Shown piece by piece: positions 58,658-64,000 of a DNA stretch of 64,000 bases. The position numbers were made by a program, and so were the translations under genes. Below the pieces are notes generated by a model. That model did not search any database, was not told the origin of the DNA, and saw only the letters and a list, made by a program, of their open reading frames with translations. Positions within the stretch are counted from its first letter, which is position 1. Each line of letters starts with the position of its first letter. Source of the DNA: Vitrella brassicaformis CCMP3155 (lineage: Eukaryota > Protista > Chromerida); the NCBI GenBank assembly GCA_001179505.1, contig CDMY01000356.1, forward strand, positions 406,539-470,538. The letters run 5' to 3'.

Positions 58658-60913
58658 ATGACGTCGCTCGAGCGTCCAGTTGATGAGTCGAAAGGTACTC
58701 ACTGCCGGATCTGCGGATCTGGATGGCCCATACCGGGACAACAGCACGAAGAGCAGCAGGAGCAGCAGCCGCCTGCAACTCCTGCAAGAAGGCATCCGCT
58801 GCATCGCGAGAGCACCCTGAGCAGCACACATACTGCGATGGGTGCGCCCAGGACGCCTCCGCATCGGATGACGAGCACTGCCAGCCAGTCGTCGCATGTG
58901 CGTCTGATGGATCAGCCGACACTCAAGCCTCATGCGAAGCGCGTCGAGGCGGCCAGTGTGGAGATCTACCTCAATCCAAGGGTGCAGTCGGCCAGATACC
59001 TCCTCTACAGGTAGGTAGGTATGCCGGCAGGTGCGTGTCCATCCATATGATAAAGTGATGGATGGATGGCTCAGGCGCTTTGACCCGCCCCAGGACGTAG
59101 CGACGGTTGCGTCCCTTTGCGTATTTCACGGTGCGCAAAGCGCCTGCCAGCATGCACATGGCATCCAAACACATTCACACATACACATTGTCTTGTCGTG
59201 TGTGTCGTGTGGCTGTTGGCAGGCTTCGCTGAGCATTCGGGTCGATACGTGGACATGGCTGTGTATTTCAGCCAGCGGGGCGTGCAGGTGCACCTGGTGG
59301 ACTTCAGGGGTTGCGGCATGAGCGGCGGGGTGCGCAACCAGGGCACCATACGGGAATTTGCTAGGGACATCGAAACCTGCCTCCAACAGGTGGGTGGGTG
59401 CGTGAGCAGCGGACGGACTGACACGCTGTCATGGATGTGTGTGAGTGTCTGTGTATCTATTATGTGTGTCAGGTGGATCCGGCGCTGCCGTGTTTTATCA
59501 TGGGCCACAGTATGGGAGGCCTCACTGTCTTGCGATTCTGCATCGATGTAAGTCAGTGGACGCAGCTGCCTACATCAATCCGTCCACGTGTGTCGATGTG
59601 TGTCGATGTGTGTCGATGTGTGTCGATGTGTGTCGATGTGTGTCGATGTGTGTGTGTGTGTGTGTGTGTGCGTGTGTGGTCAGCATCCGAATCTCCATTT
59701 GGCGGGTGTGATATTCTCGTCTGCGTTGTTCCGGCTGCACCCCCACCGGCAGAAGGGATACTTCAAGAGGATGCTCGTCTGGTTTGGATCATTCGTCCCG
59801 GTATACTTACTGATACAGAAATGCAGCCCAGCCCGCTGCCGACCGATGGGGGATGGATGGGTGGATTGGATGCATACCGGTGGTGAATGTGTGTGTGAAT
59901 GGGTTTCAGGAGTTGTTTGTGATGGCTGATGTGGACCCCTTGGGGCTCACCAGGGACACAGAGGAAGGTAAACACACACACACACACACACACACACATG
60001 GAGGGAGAGAGAGAGAGAGACGAGATACTTGTTGCATTCGTGTGCGGCTGGTTGGCTGTTGGCTGTGTATGTCTGTCTACGCACCAGTCATGAAGATCTT
60101 GAACGACCGTTTCTGTCTGCCCCTCATGAGCATGAAGCTTGCATGCTCCATGGTCACCGGCCACACCACACACACACCGTGCAGCCAGTCTGTGTTGACC
60201 GTGTGTGGTGTGCTGGCTGTGTGTGCAGGTGTGGGAGCCCTACAGTGTCTACCCGAGCGGCTGCCACCGGTTCCACTACCCCTGCTTTGTCTTCCATGGC
60301 GAGGAGGACCAGCTCACTGACCCAGGGGCCTCCTGCGGCTTCTACAAGACCTGTGCCAGTGAGGACAAGACGCTGCACCTGTTCAAGGGGGCCATGCACG
60401 AGCTACACTCGGACATCAACAGGGACGGTCAGACAGACACATACACCCAAGCCAGCGAACAGCCAGCCAGAAGGGGTGCATGGGAGCGTTGTGTGTCGCG
60501 TCGCGTGTCGTGTGTGTGCAGAGATGCACGATATGGTGCTCAAGTGGATGCTGCCGAGAGCGGAGCGGGCAAAACCTCTCGGTAAGTCAGTCAGCACAGA
60601 CAGAGAGATCGACGAAGGAACCATCCCTCCCTCCCTCCCTCCCTCCCTCCACCACACCATTTGTGTGTGCTGGTGTGTGGCTGGTGGACACGACACAGGT
60701 GCGTTTGACGAGTACCTCGAGGCCTACGACAAGCGGCAGCGTCAGCGACACAGGAGGCTGCGGGACATCAGGACACGCATCTTCATGGCACTAGTCTTCG
60801 CACTCGTCGCATGGCTGGTGCTCAAGCTCTGGTCGCGGGGGTCATTCGGAAGCTTCATGAACCTCCTGTCGGTGTTCGCACTCAGCAGCGGGATTGAGAG
60901 CGAGAGGTCCTGA
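58658..60913 (+). CDS. Alpha/beta hydrolase of the monoacylglycerol lipase/lysophospholipase (Hydrolase_4) type with C-terminal TM anchor
   Basis: VFH|GFAEHSGRY, DFRGCGMSGG, IMGHSMGG (nucleophile elbow), FHGEED (acid), GAMHEL (His), and C-terminal IFMALVFALVAWLVLKLW. Confidence 0.9.
59591..59650. repeat. Intronic 10-nt minisatellite (tgtcgatgtg x6)
   Basis: Read directly, inside a lipase intron and adjoining a (GT)n tract. Confidence 0.95.
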
Positions 60914-61480
60914 CATGACTATATGAGGGTGCGGTGCATGAGAGAGATTGCGTCCGCCATGTTTTCGCGGCGCGGGAGGGCTGCATGCTTTTTGACACCT
61001 CACCCACCTTGTTGAGTTGAGGTCTCACGGGTCGAGTCGAGCTTGGTATTCTTTGTCGTGTTGGTTCACTGATGATGAGATGGTGGCAGACATGACATAC
61101 ACTGTCATTCATTCATTCATTCATTCATTCATTGTGTGTATCTATCTATCTATCTGTCTGTCGTTTTGTCCCGCCCCCTCCCCTGCCTGCACCCACCCAT
61201 ATTATACCCACGCACCCACCCATCGGCTCGAAAAAGTGCTCCGTATGTACAGACGATGCATCCACTGCATGCCATGCCATGCAGCCAGACAGACAGACAG
61301 ACAGCTCAGTCAGCATCTGACACCTTTCCGTCTGCTTGCTTTGGGTGTGACTTCTCTGGTCTGACAATTTGCCGTCGGTCTGTCTGAGCTGCTTGGCGAT
61401 ACTGCTGGTGTGCGTGTTGTCGGCACACCGCACACACTAGCAACACAACCAAGCAGCCATGACAGGCCGACGGCAAAAGG

Positions 61481-61524
61481 ACATTTGTCGTCGTCTGTCT
61501 GTACATTTGTCGTCGTCTGTCTGT
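61481..61524. repeat. Perfect 22-nt tandem duplication (acatttgtcgtcgtctgtctgt x2)
   Basis: Read directly in the convergent 3' UTR region between the lipase and the E2 gene. Confidence 0.9.
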
Positions 61525-61848
61525 CTGTCTGTCTGTGAGTTGGGCGAGACACAGACCATGTGTGACGCATGTTGTGTTCGGTGTCAGCCTGTCTATCGAC
61601 CTCTCTTGCCGCATCAGTCAGCATATAGTATCTCAACCAACCCAGCAACCTGGGCCACGCACCAAAGACACACACACACGTGTGCACCCACTCACCCACC
61701 CACCCATCACACACACGGGCAACATCCCATCCGCACGAAAAACGACCCGGTCCATCCATGGCCACCTGACCCACTGACTGTGCGGGTCGGGTGTGTACAT
61801 CTGTCTGACTGAATCAATAAATGAATGTATGTAGGAATTGATTGGTCT

Positions 61849-61881
<33 letters not shown>

Positions 61882-61901
61882 ATGGGTGTGTGCATGATTC
61901 T

Positions 61902-63815
61902 TTATGGTCTGAGCACGGGCCTTCGGCGGCCCCCACCACGGCCCCCACCACGGCCCCCACCACGGCCCCCCGGGCCACCGGCACACCCACCACCACCTCC
62001 ACCAGCAGCCGCACCTCCGTCGGCAGCTGAGGATGACGCACCGCCACCTGTGGTCACCACGGCAGACGAGAGGAGACAGACACACTCGTGTGGGCTGGCG
62101 TGTGGCTCAGTGGCTCCCTGACTGGCTGACCTTCGTTTGTGAGTTTGTCCTTCCACTCCGCTCGTGTCGTCTGTGCGTAGCGCTGCACGTGGTCCACCAC
62201 CTTGGCCTGACCGAGTCAGCCAAGTGATTCAAACAAAGAGGCAGGTAGAAGCCGCACACACACACGTCGGTCGACTGATGAAAGGGGTCTGTCTGGTCTG
62301 TATGTCTTTGTGTGACGGCCGCACCTCATAGTCTCCTTCTCCTTGGAAGAAGGCCAGCGCCAGGGATGAGTCGACCGGGTCAACGTAGTCTGCCGGGCCA
62401 CGCACACGACACACGGCTCACAACATGATGGATGCGCCACACACCCAACCCAGAAAGAGCGTGTGTCTGGTGGCTGGTTTTGAATTCTTGCCTGGGTTGA
62501 GAAGTAGGCCATAGATGTGTTCGAGGATGCTGCGGACCGTGCTGTCGGTCGTGTCTGTATCACACAAACACACACGCGCGCCCGCGTACGATCAAATGAG
62601 CCACAGGAGGTGAGGTGCATCGTATCGTCAGTCATCTCGGCGCTGCGCATCCCTCCCTTCCTTACACGATCGGCCGAGCACTGGATGGCAAATCTTGCCG
62701 TAGCTGTTGACATTGGCGTGCTTGATGGGCGTCTCAAAACGAATCTCGGGCGGCTTGGCGGGGTATTCATCGGGAAACCTACAAGAAACACAGCACACCA
62801 CCCAGTGCAGTGCAGCCCAGCGCGTCTATGGCATCATTAATGCTGCTTACAAGATGTAGAGCAGCCAGGTGCCGCCTGAGTAGGGCGTGCTCTCGGGGCC
62901 TTCCTGCAGCCACACACACATACACACATCGACACACCGACCGATCTGCAGCTTGTTTCCTTCATCTGCAGCCAGCCTTGCTTCAGTTGCGCACCATGAC
63001 GACCCGCCAGAACCCCATGTCGTGTTGCGATGGGTACACACCGACAGCAGGGTGGGGGCTCTGCAGCAGACCCCGCATCTCACGCAGCAACCGACGCACA
63101 CGCCCCTGATTCTCGTCACGCCCTGGCCGCACCGCAGCACCGTTCCCCACACTCACACCCCTGCCCCGCCCCCCACTACCGCCGGCCCCACGGTCACCTC
63201 TCGGCGTCAGACGGGCTGCACCCGACCGGCCTTCGTTGGCCGCTGCTGCTGAATCGTCCTCGGCTCTCTTGGTGCTTGCCTCGAGTGCTTGCTCGAGAGT
63301 CTTGACGGGCTGGGCGAGCTGGGGGATGGACCGGCGAGCTGGGACGCTGTCTTCGGTGCAGAGGTCGAGAGGGAAATTCTGGTTGCTGCCAAACACCTGC
63401 TCGGCGAGACGCATGAGGGCTGAAAGGGGCGGCAGGGAGGTGGCGGGACGCTCAGAGGCTGACGGAGGGAAGGGGCGGTTGGAGACAGACAAAGTGACTG
63501 AGTGAGTGATTGGGGGCTGTGTCATGTTGTGGTGTGAGTAAGCTGTGTAAGCTATGCTATGTACCTGTGAGCATGACTTCCAGTTCGCACAGTTTGAGTG
63601 CATTCTTGATTGACTCAGGCTTGAAGCAGTAACCGCCAGTACTCTTGGCCAGACAACGCAACTGAACAAACACAACAGCAGAGCAGCATAGCATGGCACA
63701 ATCCGTGCGGTGCGTAGACTTGTGACTCTCACTCACCTTTTTATTGTCGCTTCCGCCGATGAGCACGGCGTCGAGCAGCACACTCGAGTCACGCAGCTTC
63801 TTGGCCTCAACGTGC
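61902..63815 (-). CDS. 3' part of a VWA-domain + ubiquitin-conjugating (UBC/E2) fusion protein with RGG-rich tail; gene continues beyond the window
   Basis: VWA-like end VLLDAVLIGG...LAKSTGGYCFKP. UBC: RRLLREMRGL...FWRVVM|EGPESTPYSGGTW...FPDEYPAKPPEIRFETPIKHANVNSYGKICHPVL with the catalytic Cys codon at 62690-62688. Tail GGRGGGRGGGRGGGRRR. Confidence 0.8.
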
Positions 63816-64000
63816 CTACACCACACCACACCACACAGGGGGGGAAACTGTCATTAACCGTAACACTCGTCTGTGTGTCCGTGATACTCATACAAATACA
63901 GTCCCATCAGCACGCAGAGTCAAACAGGCTCAAAGGGAAGAGGGATCAATCCCCGCCCCATCAGCACACCCCAGTCCTGAAAACCCTCCCCTCCCTCCCC

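Noticed and set aside
58723-59058. CNSC...CDGC zinc-finger-like ORF overlapping the lipase 5' exon
   Set aside because: It is out of frame with the splice (phase-2 donor near 59011) that leads into the hydrolase domain; the 58658 frame is the one that fits.
59591-59650. Regular 10-nt repeats and 12-nt repeats (61925-61970) as a CRISPR-like array
   Set aside because: Head-to-tail with no unique spacers, in a eukaryotic intron or coding exon; simple minisatellites.

Overview
Eukaryotic, GC-rich, intron-dense genomic DNA with microsatellite-filled introns ((GT)n, (AC)n, (GTCT)n, (ATGG)n, (GGGA)n). It encodes several proteins with signal-peptide plus transit-peptide (complex plastid) leaders and a cytosolic-type starch synthase. 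Together these point, by inference only, to a photosynthetic alveolate such as the chromerid Vitrella. About 20 spliced protein-coding genes can be rebuilt by hand: an ankyrin/UIM-like/RING protein, FANCI, a 70-aa microprotein, an Amt ammonium transporter, ribophorin II, a RING-H2 E3, a PTOX fused to a cNMP-binding-like domain, an LPMO-fold-like membrane protein, a ricin-B lectin, C11orf65/MFI, a DHHC palmitoyltransferase, a MORN protein, a conserved plastid protein, a GBSS-like glucan synthase, a SAM methyltransferase, TAF11, a frameshifted NTPase-REase-SAP gene, an alpha/beta lipase and the 3' part of a VWA-UBC E2. No rRNA, tRNA, CRISPR array or intact transposon was recognised. The most notable items are: (1) the plastid-targeted cNMP-domain-PTOX fusion; (2) an apparently plastid-targeted Crinkler-type NTPase-nuclease-SAP gene flanked by a duplicated bidirectional promoter; (3) a hidden 3-exon microprotein head-to-head with Amt; (4) introns with 5' AC and 3' GT repeats that could self-pair. 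All family assignments come from motif recognition by eye, not database searches. Gene ends and exon structures are manual and need RNA-seq confirmation.
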